64,000 nucleotides of DNA, from the NCBI GenBank assembly GCA_016213015.1, contig JACRCE010000063.1, positions 39-64,038 on the forward strand. Reading direction: 5' to 3'. Shown one piece after another: positions 45,349-55,386 of the stretch (position 1 is its first letter; each line of letters begins with the position of its first letter). Source of the DNA: Deltaproteobacteria bacterium (GTDB lineage: Bacteria > Desulfobacterota > GWC2-55-46). A model generated the notes under the pieces. The model saw nothing but the letters and a program-made list of their open reading frames with translations, was not told the DNA's origin and ran no database searches. Position numbers and translations under genes: made by a program.

Positions 45349-47115
45349 ATGAACACCTATATCCGTCTCCTCAGACTCCTGCCGCCGTACAAGGTAACGC
45401 TGTTTTTCGCGTTCCTCTGCATGGTGGGCTTTGCCGCGTCCAACGGGGCAATGGCCTACCTCATCGGCCCTGTCATGAAGTTTTTGTTCGCCTCGGACAA
45501 CGGGAAGGGCATTAAGCTCATCCCTTTTGACATCATGATCGTGTCAAAGGAAAACATGCTCGTCGCCATCCCGATAGTCATAATCATCGTCGCAATCGTC
45601 AAGGGCCTGAGTTCCTACGGGCAGTCTTACTTCATGGGATATGTGGGGCAGGGCGTGGTTCGGGACATAAGGAAGCGGCTCTACGAACATATACTGAGCC
45701 TGCCGACCGGCTACTTCACGGCAAACCCGACCGGCATCCTGATATCGCGTCTCACCAACGACGTAAACCTTCTGCAAACGGCCACGTCAGAGGCCATAGC
45801 CACGGTCTTGAAGCAGAGCCTTACCATCATCGTCCTTGCTGGCGTGGTTATAAGCCTTGACTGGAAACTTGCGCTCGCGGCCTCGGTCGCGCTCCCGCTC
45901 TCGGTCTATCCAATGAGGCAACTCGGCAAGCGGATGAAGCGCATCTCCACGCGCGGGCAGGTGAGCATGGGCGCGATGACCACGCTCCTGCATGAGGCCA
46001 TAGCCGGCATAAGGATCGTCAAGGCTTTTTGCATGGAGCGATATGAAGCCGGGCGTTTTCATAATGAGAACGAGCGCTACAACAGGAACATAATAAAGCA
46101 GATAACGGTAAGAAGCATCTCGTCCCCCTTGATGGAGACGCTCGGCGCGGTGGGCTTTGCCGTTACGATATGGTACGCGGCCCACAGGATCAACGCCGGG
46201 ACCCTACAGCCCGACACTTTCATATCCTTTTTTGCGGCGGTCATCATGTTCTACCAGCCCATAAAGGCGTTGAACGGCGTAAACATGTACATACAGCAGG
46301 GCATGGCCGCGGCGGACAGGGTCTTTAACGTCATTGATACACCCTCGGAGGTTGACAAGAAGGAAGGCGGCGTTCCGATAACCGGCCTGCTCGACTCGGT
46401 GGAGTTTAAGAAGGTCTCGTTCAAATACGGCGGCAACTGGGTGCTCAAGGAGTTAGACCTCAAGGTCTCGAAGGGCGAGGTGCTTGCGATAGTAGGTTCG
46501 TCGGGAGGCGGCAAGACCACGTTCGTTAATCTCATACCGCGCTTTTACGACGTGAGCGAAGGTGCGATCCTGTTCGACGGAGTTGACCTGCGCGAGATAA
46601 GGCTTGCCTCGTTGCGTTCGCAAATCGCCTTGGTATCCCAACAGGTGGTGTTGTTCAACGACACGGTTAGGAAAAATATAGCCTACGGCGACATCGAGAT
46701 AAGCGATGAGGAGATGATAAAGGCCGCCAAGGCCGCCAATGCCCATGATTTTATTTTGAGACTGCCTGATGGGTATGATACCGTTATCGGCGAAGGCGGG
46801 GTGCGTCTATCAGGCGGCGAGAGGCAGAGGCTCTCCATAGCCCGCGCCATATTGAAGAACGCGCCGGTGCTGATACTTGACGAGGCGACGAGCGCCCTTG
46901 ACACGGAAAGCGAGCGCGAGGTGCAAAAGGCGCTCACGAATCTCATGGAGGGGCGCACGACCTTTGTGATAGCCCACAGGCTCTCCACGGTGAGGAACGC
47001 GGACAGGATAATCGTCCTCGGGGGAGGCGGCATAAGGGAGATGGGCGCTCACGACGCGCTCCTGACAAAGGGCGGCGAGTACGCGAGGCTGTATTCGCTC
47101 CAGTTCAACGCATGA
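45349..47115 (+). CDS. msbA: Lipid A export ABC transporter MsbA (fused permease/ATPase)
   Basis: 588 aa with six TM helices and the NBD motifs [17 protein letters not shown] and ILDEATSALD. Confidence 0.9.
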   Translation: MNTYIRLLRLLPPYKVTLFFAFLCMVGFAASNGAMAYLIGPVMKFLFASDNGKGIKLIPFDIMIVSKENMLVAIPIVIIIVAIVKGLSSYGQSYFMGYVGQGVVRDIRKRLYEHILSLPTGYFTANPTGILISRLTNDVNLLQTATSEAIATVLKQSLTIIVLAGVVISLDWKLALAASVALPLSVYPMRQLGKRMKRISTRGQVSMGAMTTLLHEAIAGIRIVKAFCMERYEAGRFHNENERYNRNIIKQITVRSISSPLMETLGAVGFAVTIWYAAHRINAGTLQPDTFISFFAAVIMFYQPIKALNGVNMYIQQGMAAADRVFNVIDTPSEVDKKEGGVPITGLLDSVEFKKVSFKYGGNWVLKELDLKVSKGEVLAIVGSSGGGKTTFVNLIPRFYDVSEGAILFDGVDLREIRLASLRSQIALVSQQVVLFNDTVRKNIAYGDIEISDEEMIKAAKAANAHDFILRLPDGYDTVIGEGGVRLSGGERQRLSIARAILKNAPVLILDEATSALDTESEREVQKALTNLMEGRTTFVIAHRLSTVRNADRIIVLGGGGIREMGAHDALLTKGGEYARLYSLQFNA

Positions 47116-47782
47116 AAAAAAAGATACTTGACACCATAGGCGTATCCGTAATACCGTGCGTCGCCTTCTGGCTGATGAGGGCGCTGAGGGCCACCATGCG
47201 CCTTGAGCGCGTCAACTTCGGGTGGTATCAATCGCGGGTCAGAAGCGGCGCCAACTGCATCCTCGCCTTCTGGCACGGCAGGCTGATGATGATGCCGTTC
47301 GCCTATGAGGGGCGCGGCATAACCATCCTTGCCAGCGCATCGCGGGACGGCGAGCTTGTCAGTAAAACCCTTGCCGGATTCGGCATTGACACGGTGCGCG
47401 GCTCCACGAGCAGAGGGGCCTTCAGCGGATTGAAGGGTATACTTTCGGCGGCGCGCGCGGGCAGGGACATCGCCATTACGCCGGACGGCCCAAGGGGGCC
47501 TGCATTCAAGGCGCAGATGGGCGTGATTCAGCTTGCCAAGGCAACCGGCCTGCCCATACTGCCCGTTTCTTTCAGCGCCTCAAAAAAAAAACTGTCAACA
47601 GCTGGGACGGTTTTATTGCGCCATATCCGTTTTCAAGAGGGGTCTATATCCTCGGCGCGCCCTTGTTGGTGAAGCGTGACGCAAGCCCTGAGGAGATGGA
47701 GGAGGGCAGGGCTGAACTCGAAAACAGGCTTAACAGGCTTACCGCCGAAGCCGATGGCTACTTCAACCGCAAATCAACTTAA
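47112..47782 (+). CDS. DUF374-family lysophospholipid-acyltransferase-like protein (commonly found beside waaA), disrupted by a frameshift in an A10 homopolymer (47582-47591)
   Basis: The N-terminal part reads in frame to ...LPVSFSASKKK. The conserved C-terminus (SWDGFIAPYPFSRGVYILGAPLLV...EADGYFNRKST) is in the other frame and would be restored by one extra A. Confidence 0.6.
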
Positions 47783-47800
47783 TATCTCTCTTTTCGCGCC

Positions 47801-49117
47801 ATGAAATACCGTCTTTACGACATCCTCCTTCACGTTGCCCTTGTAGCAGCCCTCCCGTTTTTTATAATCAAGATGCTAACCGTAAAAAAATACAGGGAAG
47901 GACTGGCCGAGCGGTTCGGCTGTATCGGCCTTGACAAGCTCAACCGGCTCAAGGGCGGCCAGATCGTCTGGTTTCACGCAATATCCGTGGGCGAGACAAA
48001 GGCGGTTGTTCCGGTGCTCCGTTTGTTCAAAGAGAGCCATCCAGATATGAAGGTCGTTTTTTCCACGGTAACGATGACCGGCAACAGGTGCGCCCTCAAG
48101 GAGTGCTCCGGCCTTGTTGACGCGCTGATATACTTTCCGCTTGACCTGTCGTGGGTCGTCAACAGGACGATAAGACTCGTAAATCCTCGTGCGCTCATCG
48201 TGGTGGAAAAGGAGATATGGCCTAACATGATATTGAGCCTTTCGAGACGCGCCGTGCCGGTGATTATCGTCAACGGCACTATATCCGAGCGTTCATTCAA
48301 ACGATTCATGCGATTCGGTTTTTTGTTCAGAGAGGTCTTTTCCGCGCTTGGTTATTTCGCGGCAAGGACTAAGGAGGATTGCGAACGGGCGATAAGGGCG
48401 GGCGTGCCCCATGAGCGCGCCGGGAACGTGGGGAATATAAAGTACGACATGGCCCCGCCGGATTCAACCTCTGAGCACAGGGTGCGGTTGTTGTCATCAA
48501 TGGCCCTATTGCCGGAGGATCTCGTTATAGTCGCGGGCAGCACCCATAAAGGCGAGGAGGAGATGATACTCAGGGCTTATGCCGGGCTCAAGCCGCGTTT
48601 CAAGACGCTCAAGCTCGTGCTCGTCCCAAGGCATCCCGAAAGATTCAACGAGGTGGAGGCGCTGATTAGAAATACGGGCAGCGCCTTTTGCAGACGCTCC
48701 AATATTACGGCGGGAGCTGAAATCATACTGCTTGACACGGTCGGCGAACTTATGAACGTATACTCCATTGCCGCGATAGCGTTCGTGGGTGGGAGCCTTG
48801 TAAAGGGCGTTGGGGGGCATAATCTCCTTGAACCCGCGCTTCATGCAAAGCCCGTTATCTATGGAGGGCATCTTACGACCTACCTTGGCATGGCCGAACT
48901 GCTTGAGGCAAATGGGGGCGGGATCAGAGTGCCGGACGAAACCTCGCTTGAGGCGGTAATCGCCGGACTTCTTTCCGACGGCGCTATGAGGGCGGCCATG
49001 GGCGAGGCCGCAAAAAAGGCGGTTGAGGCGAATCGCGGGGCCGCAAGGCGCACGGCGAGCATAATTGACGGACTGCTCCTGCCTTTTTTGAAAAAAAGGC
49101 AGGCCAAAAAACCTTAA
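47801..49117 (+). CDS. waaA: 3-deoxy-D-manno-octulosonic acid (Kdo) transferase
   Basis: 438 aa with the N-terminal TM, the WFHA.SVGE motif and a GT-B fold. Confidence 0.9.
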   Translation: MKYRLYDILLHVALVAALPFFIIKMLTVKKYREGLAERFGCIGLDKLNRLKGGQIVWFHAISVGETKAVVPVLRLFKESHPDMKVVFSTVTMTGNRCALKECSGLVDALIYFPLDLSWVVNRTIRLVNPRALIVVEKEIWPNMILSLSRRAVPVIIVNGTISERSFKRFMRFGFLFREVFSALGYFAARTKEDCERAIRAGVPHERAGNVGNIKYDMAPPDSTSEHRVRLLSSMALLPEDLVIVAGSTHKGEEEMILRAYAGLKPRFKTLKLVLVPRHPERFNEVEALIRNTGSAFCRRSNITAGAEIILLDTVGELMNVYSIAAIAFVGGSLVKGVGGHNLLEPALHAKPVIYGGHLTTYLGMAELLEANGGGIRVPDETSLEAVIAGLLSDGAMRAAMGEAAKKAVEANRGAARRTASIIDGLLLPFLKKRQAKKP

Positions 49118-49201
49118 TTAGGAATAGACATCAAGGCTGACGATTATCAATGCCGCCTGCGGCGTTTCGCACCCTTTCTTGGAAGGAAGCATGGTCAGGA
49201 T

Positions 49202-50269
49202 ATGAAGATCGGCGCCCGCGTTGAAAAACTGATGCGCGAGGACAGGGTGCGTGGAATGGCGCACCTCATGCTCCTTTTGCTGTCTTATCTATACGGTCTT
49301 GCGGTATGGATAAGGGGGAAGCTGTACAGCCTCCGCGTCCTCAAGGCGATCAAACTCCCCTGCCGCGTAATATCCATAGGCAACATGACGGTCGGCGGCA
49401 CAGGCAAGACGCCGATGGCCATACACGCCGCGCACCTGCTCCGCGCCGCCGGCAAAAAGTGTGTAATATTAAGCAGGGGCTACAAAAGGGAGTCCAAGGG
49501 CATGATGCTCGTCTCGGACATGAATGAACTGCTTGTCGACGCCGGAGCCGCCGGGGACGAACCGTATCTCATGGCAAAGCGTCTTGGCGGCGTACCCGTG
49601 ATAGTCGCTGAAGACAGGGCGGCCGCGGGGCGATATGCCGTAACCAAATTCGCGCCGGATTATATAATACTCGACGACGGTTATCAGCACAGGCGATTGG
49701 TGAGAGACGTAAATCTACTGCTCGTTGACGCAAAGGAAGGCTTTGGCAACGGGCATCTCCTCCCAGCCGGGATACTGAGAGAACCGATCTCAGGCATACG
49801 GCGCGCAAGTTTTGCCATTGTCAAGAATCCGCCGCTCAAGGATCGAGACGCGGCCCGCCTTGCCGAGTTCGGCATCCCGGCAATCGGTTTTAGCTTCAAG
49901 CCGGTTTGTCTTGTCAATCTGAGCGACGGCGGCCAGACGCCTCTGTCCGCGCTGAGCGGCAAAAAAGTGTTTGCCTTTGCGGGCCTTGCGCGCGCAGCTT
50001 CGTTTTTTGAAAGTTTTGACCCGCTTGGAGCGCGTCTGACAAGGACGCTTGAGTATCGGGATCATCACGCCTATACGCAAAGCGACATCAAGGACATATC
50101 GGCCGCTTCCAGCGGCGCGGATTACGTCGTTACAACCGAGAAGGACGGCGTAAAGGTTCAGGCATTGGAGCCGCGCTCTCCGATATACGCGCTTCGCATC
50201 ACCACTGTCATCGAGGATGAGAAGGGCTTTGCAAGGCTTTTAGAGGCCCGGCTTCCACCTAAAGTATAG
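49202..50269 (+). CDS. lpxK: Tetraacyldisaccharide 4'-kinase
   Basis: P-loop SIGNMTVGGTGKTP, typical of LpxK; 355 aa. Confidence 0.85.
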   Translation: MKIGARVEKLMREDRVRGMAHLMLLLLSYLYGLAVWIRGKLYSLRVLKAIKLPCRVISIGNMTVGGTGKTPMAIHAAHLLRAAGKKCVILSRGYKRESKGMMLVSDMNELLVDAGAAGDEPYLMAKRLGGVPVIVAEDRAAAGRYAVTKFAPDYIILDDGYQHRRLVRDVNLLLVDAKEGFGNGHLLPAGILREPISGIRRASFAIVKNPPLKDRDAARLAEFGIPAIGFSFKPVCLVNLSDGGQTPLSALSGKKVFAFAGLARAASFFESFDPLGARLTRTLEYRDHHAYTQSDIKDISAASSGADYVVTTEKDGVKVQALEPRSPIYALRITTVIEDEKGFARLLEARLPPKV

Positions 50270-50270
50270 A

Positions 50271-51155
50271 ATGTTGCCCATCGCCAAACTCATAGCCTTT
50301 ATCATCGGCCATCTGCCGCTTTGCCTCGTTCGCGTTCTCGGCAAGGCGCTTGGCCGTATTGCTTTTCGTTTCGACAAACGACACGCGAAGACCGCGCTTG
50401 AAAACATGACTCTGGCGTACAAGGGTTCGCTGAGTGAAGACGCCATGACCACCATTGCCCGCGGCGTCTTTGAAAATCTTGCCATAACCGGCCTTGAGTT
50501 CATGAGGATACCGTGGCTCACGAAGACCGGTCTCAACGGTTACGTGGAGTTCAAGGGCATTGAAAATCTCGAAAGGGCGCTTGAGCGCAAGAAAGGCGCA
50601 ATCCTTTTTACCGCGCACTTCGGAAACTGGGAGCTTATGGCCGCGGCTTACGGCCTTTCGGGCTTCCCGATTGACATAGTGGTGCGCGAGCTCGACTCTC
50701 CGGTTGCCGAGGCATTTACAGCGTGGGTCAGGATTGCCTCCGGTAACAGGCTCGTTGAAAAAAACAGGTCAATGCGAAAGCTCATCAAGACGCTCTCCGT
50801 GAACGGCATCGCGGGAATCCTGCTTGATCAGAACGTGGCGGACGTGGAAGGCGTGTTCGTTGATTTTTTCGGCACAAGCGCATGCACCAACAAGGGCCCG
50901 GCGTTGCTGGCGCAGATGACCGGGGCCGCAATGCTGCCGACCTTTATCGTCAGGCACGGGAAGGGACACACGATAGTCGTCGGCGAGCAGGTGGAGCTTA
51001 TCGATACCGGAGACAAACACGCCGACGCAATCGAGAACACGGCCAGATGCACGAAAATAATCGAGGGGCAGGTCAGGGCGCATCCTGAGCAGTGGTTCTG
51101 GGTGCACAGGAGGTGGAAGACGAGGCCGTCAAAAGCCGTGAACCGTGAACCGTGA
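50271..51155 (+). CDS. lpxL: Lipid A biosynthesis late acyltransferase (LpxL/HtrB/LpxM family)
   Basis: HFGNWE catalytic motif; 294 aa. The C-terminal residues KAVNREP are encoded by the CCGTGAA heptamer repeats. Confidence 0.8.
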   Translation: MLPIAKLIAFIIGHLPLCLVRVLGKALGRIAFRFDKRHAKTALENMTLAYKGSLSEDAMTTIARGVFENLAITGLEFMRIPWLTKTGLNGYVEFKGIENLERALERKKGAILFTAHFGNWELMAAAYGLSGFPIDIVVRELDSPVAEAFTAWVRIASGNRLVEKNRSMRKLIKTLSVNGIAGILLDQNVADVEGVFVDFFGTSACTNKGPALLAQMTGAAMLPTFIVRHGKGHTIVVGEQVELIDTGDKHADAIENTARCTKIIEGQVRAHPEQWFWVHRRWKTRPSKAVNREP

Positions 51156-51217
51156 CCGTGAAAAGATAAAGACCGGAGAACGTGCAAAAAATTTTTTTAC
51201 GGCCACGGACACGGCCT
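51134..51217. repeat. Heptamer-hairpin element: (CCGTGAA)x2-CCGTGACCGTGAAAAG ... TTTTTTTACGGCCACGGACACGGCC
   Basis: Tandem heptamers overlapping the last codons of lpxL, with complementary copies about 50 bp downstream; same family as 45281-45343. Confidence 0.5.
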
Positions 51218-51261
51218 TTAACGCTGTTGACTTCCTCTTTCAAACCTATTAATATCCTGCA

Positions 51262-52122
51262 ATGCACATCAAGAAAGCGGTATTCCCGGCCGCCGGGTTC
51301 GGCACAAGGTTCCTACCGGCCACAAAGGCCATACCAAAGGAGATGCTTCCCCTTGTGGACAAGCCGCTTATCCAGTACGCGGTCGAGGAGGCCAAGCTCT
51401 CCGGTCTTGAGGAGATCATCATCGTAACCGGAATGGGCAAGACCGCGATAGAAGACCATTTCGACACATCCTTCGAGCTTGAGATACTCCTTAAGGAGCG
51501 CGGTAAAAAAGAGCTCCTCAAGATGATGGAGGAAGTATCCGGCCTCGTGCACTTCGCCTATACGCGCCAGAAAAAACCCCTCGGGCTCGGACACGCCATC
51601 GGCATAACGAAAAACCTCATAAACGACGAGCCGTTTGCGGTTTTTTTGGGTGATGATATAATTGACGCAAAGGTTCCGGCCATGAAGCAGATGCTCGACG
51701 TGTACGCAAGGCACAAGTCCAGCGTGCTCGCGGTCCAAAGGGTTGCCCGTTCGCAGGCGCACAAGTACGGCATGATCAAGGGCGAGAAGGTGGGCCCAAG
51801 GGTCTGGCGGGTTACCGACCTTGTTGAAAAACCCAAGTTGAATCCGCCGAGCGACCTTGCCATCATCGGCAGATATATCCTTACCCCCGGCATATTTTCC
51901 GCTCTGGAGCGGACGACGCCCGGAAGCGGCGGGGAGATTCAGCTTACCGACGCCTTGAAGACGCTCGCAAAGGATGAGGAGATTTACGCTTACGAGTTCG
52001 AGGGGCGACGCTACGACGCCGGAGACAAGCTGGGGTTCATACAAGCCAACATATCGTTCGCGCTCAAGCGCCCGGAGTTGAAAAAAGAGTTGAAGCGGTT
52101 CTTAAAAAGTTTGAAACTGTAA
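51262..52122 (+). CDS. galU: UTP--glucose-1-phosphate uridylyltransferase
   Basis: KAVFPAAGFGTRFLPATKA.PKEMLP...KP N-terminus; 286 aa. Confidence 0.9.
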   Translation: MHIKKAVFPAAGFGTRFLPATKAIPKEMLPLVDKPLIQYAVEEAKLSGLEEIIIVTGMGKTAIEDHFDTSFELEILLKERGKKELLKMMEEVSGLVHFAYTRQKKPLGLGHAIGITKNLINDEPFAVFLGDDIIDAKVPAMKQMLDVYARHKSSVLAVQRVARSQAHKYGMIKGEKVGPRVWRVTDLVEKPKLNPPSDLAIIGRYILTPGIFSALERTTPGSGGEIQLTDALKTLAKDEEIYAYEFEGRRYDAGDKLGFIQANISFALKRPELKKELKRFLKSLKL

Positions 52123-52177
52123 AGGATGCCGTGTATAGTCGGCTGTATGGGAGCAGTCCAAGGCCGTCATGTTGAAT

Positions 52178-52209
52178 CAAAATTCTCCGCCATGAATGGC
52201 GTAGAATTT
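52178..52209. promoter_or_regulatory. Inverted repeat AAAATTCTCCGCCATGAATGGCGTAGAATTTT with 15-bp arms (14 of 15 complementary, two-base centre) upstream of the hsp20-lon cluster (candidate heat-shock operator)
   Basis: Seen directly about 100 bp upstream of the hsp20 start; it matches neither CIRCE nor HAIR. Confidence 0.4.
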
Positions 52210-52308
52210 TGTTGGCAAGGTAATTACGATCAAGATCGCCCGCCTTGACCCGCCGATAAAGCGGCGGGATTGCGGCGGATACTCCATTCAAAGCGAGAAG
52301 AGGTGTTG

Positions 52309-52770
52309 ATGGCAAAGTTTTCCAAAAAACCGCCTGAGACGAAGCCGGCTGCTCAGGATGATCCGGTGATGCAGTTTATCTTCGAGGGACTCAAGGAGGC
52401 CGGAGCCGAGGAGCGCGGCGAGACCGCTCAGCCGACGCACGTCCCCAGCATAGACATGTTTTCGACGCCGTCCGCGCTCATCATCGAAATCGAGATGCCC
52501 GGAGTAAAAAAAGACGAGCTTGACGTAACCGTGATGAGGAATACGCTTACCGTCAAGGCGGTCAAGTTCGAATGTTTCGACGAAGGCAAGATCAACTACG
52601 TCTGCATGGAGAGGTCTTTCGGCAGGCTCATCCGTCAGATAGATCTGCCGTTTCCGGTGGATACCGGCAGGATAAAGGCGCTCTATTGCAACGGAGTGCT
52701 TACCGTAACGCTTCCGAGGGTCGCCGATAAGCGCGGCACGCCGAGGCGCGTTGACGTCGAAGATAAATAA
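52309..52770 (+). CDS. Hsp20/alpha-crystallin family small heat-shock protein
   Basis: Start MAKFSKKPP; alpha-crystallin domain (PSIDMF..P...I.EIEMPGV.K.EL.V.V..N.LTVKA); 153 aa. Confidence 0.85.
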   Translation: MAKFSKKPPETKPAAQDDPVMQFIFEGLKEAGAEERGETAQPTHVPSIDMFSTPSALIIEIEMPGVKKDELDVTVMRNTLTVKAVKFECFDEGKINYVCMERSFGRLIRQIDLPFPVDTGRIKALYCNGVLTVTLPRVADKRGTPRRVDVEDK

Positions 52771-52802
52771 TCCGAAAAATACCGGTTCACAAGGACAGGC
52801 AA

Positions 52803-55247
52803 ATGGCTGAAGAAAAAAAAGAGGAAGCGAAAAAAGACGACGAACAGCTCATAATACCGGACGTACTGCCGCTCCTGCCCGTAAGGGACGTCGTGATATT
52901 CCCGTTCATGATAGTGCCGCTGTTCGTGGGCAGGGAACGATCCATCAACGCCGTCGACGCGGCGTTGACCAAGGACAGGCTCATATTCGCCGCGACGCAA
53001 AAGGACATAACAAAGGACGACCCTGATCCCGAGGATCTGTATCATTCCGGCACGGTCTGCATGATTATGAGGATGCTCAAGCTCCCCGACGGCAGGGTAA
53101 AGATACTCGTCCAGGGACTTGCCAGGGCCACGCTCAATTCATTTCTTCAGACCAGACCATCCTATTCGGTGAGCATCGCCAAGGTGAAGGAAGCTGCAAC
53201 GCCGTTGCATGGACTCGAGGTCGAGGCCCTTATGAGGAACGTCAAGGAGCAGCTTGAAAAACTCTCCACCCTCGGCAAGGTGGTGTTTCAGGAAGTAATG
53301 ATGGTGCTCGACAACATCAACGATCCGGGGCGCATGGCCGATCTCGTCGCGGCCAATCTCGGGCTCAAGATTGAAGAGGCGCAGGCCGTGCTCGACATGC
53401 TCGATCCGGTAAAGAGGCTTGAGAAGGTGAGCGAGTATCTCGTCAAGGAACTTCAGGTCGCGCAGATGCAGGTCAAGATACAGACGCAGGCCAAGGAGGA
53501 GATGGACAAGAGCCAGCGCGAATATTTCCTGCGCGAGCAGTTGAGGGCGATAAAGAACGAACTTGGGGACATGGAAGAGTCCAACGAGGAGATGGAGGAG
53601 TTCAGGGAGAAGATAAAAAAGGCGAAGATGCCGGCCGAGGTGGAAAAGGAGTCGCTCAAACAGCTTGAGCGTCTTGAGATGATGCACCCGGACGCGGCAG
53701 AGGCCGCGCTTATCAGAACTTATCTTGAGTGGATAGTAGACCTGCCGTGGTCGCATCAGACCAAGGACACGTTGGACATCGAAAAGGCAAAGAAGGTGCT
53801 CGACACGGATCACTATGACCTTGAGAAGGTCAAGGAGCGCATCCTTGAGTATCTGGCCGTCAGGAAACTCCAGAAAAAGACCAAAGGGCCCATACTTTGT
53901 TTCGTAGGCCCGCCGGGCGTAGGCAAGACCTCGCTTGGCCGTTCCATTGCAAAGGCGATGGGCAGGAAGTTCGTGAGGATATCCCTTGGCGGCATAAAGG
54001 ACGAGGCCGAGATACGCGGCCACAGGAGGACTTACGTCGGCGCCCTGCCGGGCAGGATTATACAGGGCATAAAACAGGCCGGCACGTCCAACCCGGTCTT
54101 TATGATGGACGAGATAGACAAGATAGGCTCGGACTTCAGGGGAGACCCTTCGAGCGCCCTTCTTGAGGTGCTTGACCCGGAGCAGAACAACGCGTTCAGC
54201 GATCATTATCTCAATCTGCCCTATGACCTGTCGAAGGTCATGTTCATCACGACCGCGAACATGACGGACCCCATACCCGACGCGCTCATGGACAGGATGG
54301 AGGTCTTGAACATACCCGGCTATACCGAGGAGGAGAAGATCGAGATAGCGAGGACGTACATAGTCCCGCGCCAGATAGAGGAGCATGGGCTGACGAAAAA
54401 ACTGCTCGTATTGCCGGACGAGACGCTGAGGAAGGTCGCGAGCGAGTACACAAGGGAGGCCGGGCTTAGAAATCTCGAGCGCGAGATAGCCTCTCTTTGC
54501 CGGAAGGTGGCCAAGAACGTCGCGTCCGGGAAAAAGACGCTCACCGTTATAAATGCCGGCGACGTGCACGACTACCTTGGCGTGGAAAAGTATATGTCCG
54601 AGGCCGAACAGGAGGCCGACGAGATCGGCGTCGCCACGGGGCTTGCATGGACTCCGGTCGGGGGCGAGATACTGCACATAGAGACGACCGTAATGAACGG
54701 CAGGGGTCAACTTACCCTTACCGGCCACTTAGGCGACGTAATGAAGGAGAGCGCGCAGGCCGCGTTGAGTTATGCAAGATCAAAGGCCAAGGAACTCAAG
54801 ATGCCCGACGATTTTTACAAGACCAAGGACATACACATACACGTGCCGTCCGGCGCCATACCCAAGGACGGGCCGTCGGCGGGCATAACAATGGCCGCTT
54901 CCCTCATATCAGCCCTCACCAAGACGCCGATAGACAAGGACATAGCCATGACCGGAGAGCTTACCCTGAGGGGCAGGGTGCTCCCCATAGGCGGGCTCAA
55001 GGAGAAGTCGCTTGCCGCGCTTCGCGCGAATATGAAGACAGTGATAATCCCGGAGCGTAACAAGAAAGACCTTGAGGATATACCCGTGGACGTGCGGGCG
55101 AAATTGAATTTTATTCCGGTCACGCACATGGACGAGGTTATGAACATAGTCTACGGCAAGAAGGGGAAGAGCGCCTCGAAACCGAGTGCGGCCAAGAAGA
55201 AGATGAAGATCAAAACAAAACGCCGCAACGCAAGGGCGGTCTCCTGA
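52803..55247 (+). CDS. lon: ATP-dependent Lon protease
   Basis: 814 aa with the LON N-domain, AAA+ Walker A GPPGVGKTS, and a protease domain with catalytic PKDGPSAG. Confidence 0.95.
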   Translation: MAEEKKEEAKKDDEQLIIPDVLPLLPVRDVVIFPFMIVPLFVGRERSINAVDAALTKDRLIFAATQKDITKDDPDPEDLYHSGTVCMIMRMLKLPDGRVKILVQGLARATLNSFLQTRPSYSVSIAKVKEAATPLHGLEVEALMRNVKEQLEKLSTLGKVVFQEVMMVLDNINDPGRMADLVAANLGLKIEEAQAVLDMLDPVKRLEKVSEYLVKELQVAQMQVKIQTQAKEEMDKSQREYFLREQLRAIKNELGDMEESNEEMEEFREKIKKAKMPAEVEKESLKQLERLEMMHPDAAEAALIRTYLEWIVDLPWSHQTKDTLDIEKAKKVLDTDHYDLEKVKERILEYLAVRKLQKKTKGPILCFVGPPGVGKTSLGRSIAKAMGRKFVRISLGGIKDEAEIRGHRRTYVGALPGRIIQGIKQAGTSNPVFMMDEIDKIGSDFRGDPSSALLEVLDPEQNNAFSDHYLNLPYDLSKVMFITTANMTDPIPDALMDRMEVLNIPGYTEEEKIEIARTYIVPRQIEEHGLTKKLLVLPDETLRKVASEYTREAGLRNLEREIASLCRKVAKNVASGKKTLTVINAGDVHDYLGVEKYMSEAEQEADEIGVATGLAWTPVGGEILHIETTVMNGRGQLTLTGHLGDVMKESAQAALSYARSKAKELKMPDDFYKTKDIHIHVPSGAIPKDGPSAGITMAASLISALTKTPIDKDIAMTGELTLRGRVLPIGGLKEKSLAALRANMKTVIIPERNKKDLEDIPVDVRAKLNFIPVTHMDEVMNIVYGKKGKSASKPSAAKKKMKIKTKRRNARAVS

Positions 55248-55386
55248 TGAGCCTACCCGCGTCTGTCATGAAGGTCAGGCGCGGGTTGTTTGTCATGCCG
55301 CTGGAGAAGAAATTCTCCGATTGGATTTATGTATTGCCTTGCGTTCATTTTATCTTTAACGATCAGATGCCGCACGCCTTCTCCCC

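Noticed and set aside
52230-52300. Possible sigma32-type heat-shock promoter (CTTGAC ... CCATTC) upstream of hsp20
   Set aside because: The spacing between the -35-like and -10-like elements is about 36 nt, far from the 13-17 nt of sigma32 promoters.
53139-54728. 529-aa ORF on the minus strand
   Set aside because: It is antisense to the lon gene, whose AAA+ and protease motifs are unambiguous. It is a high-GC artefact.
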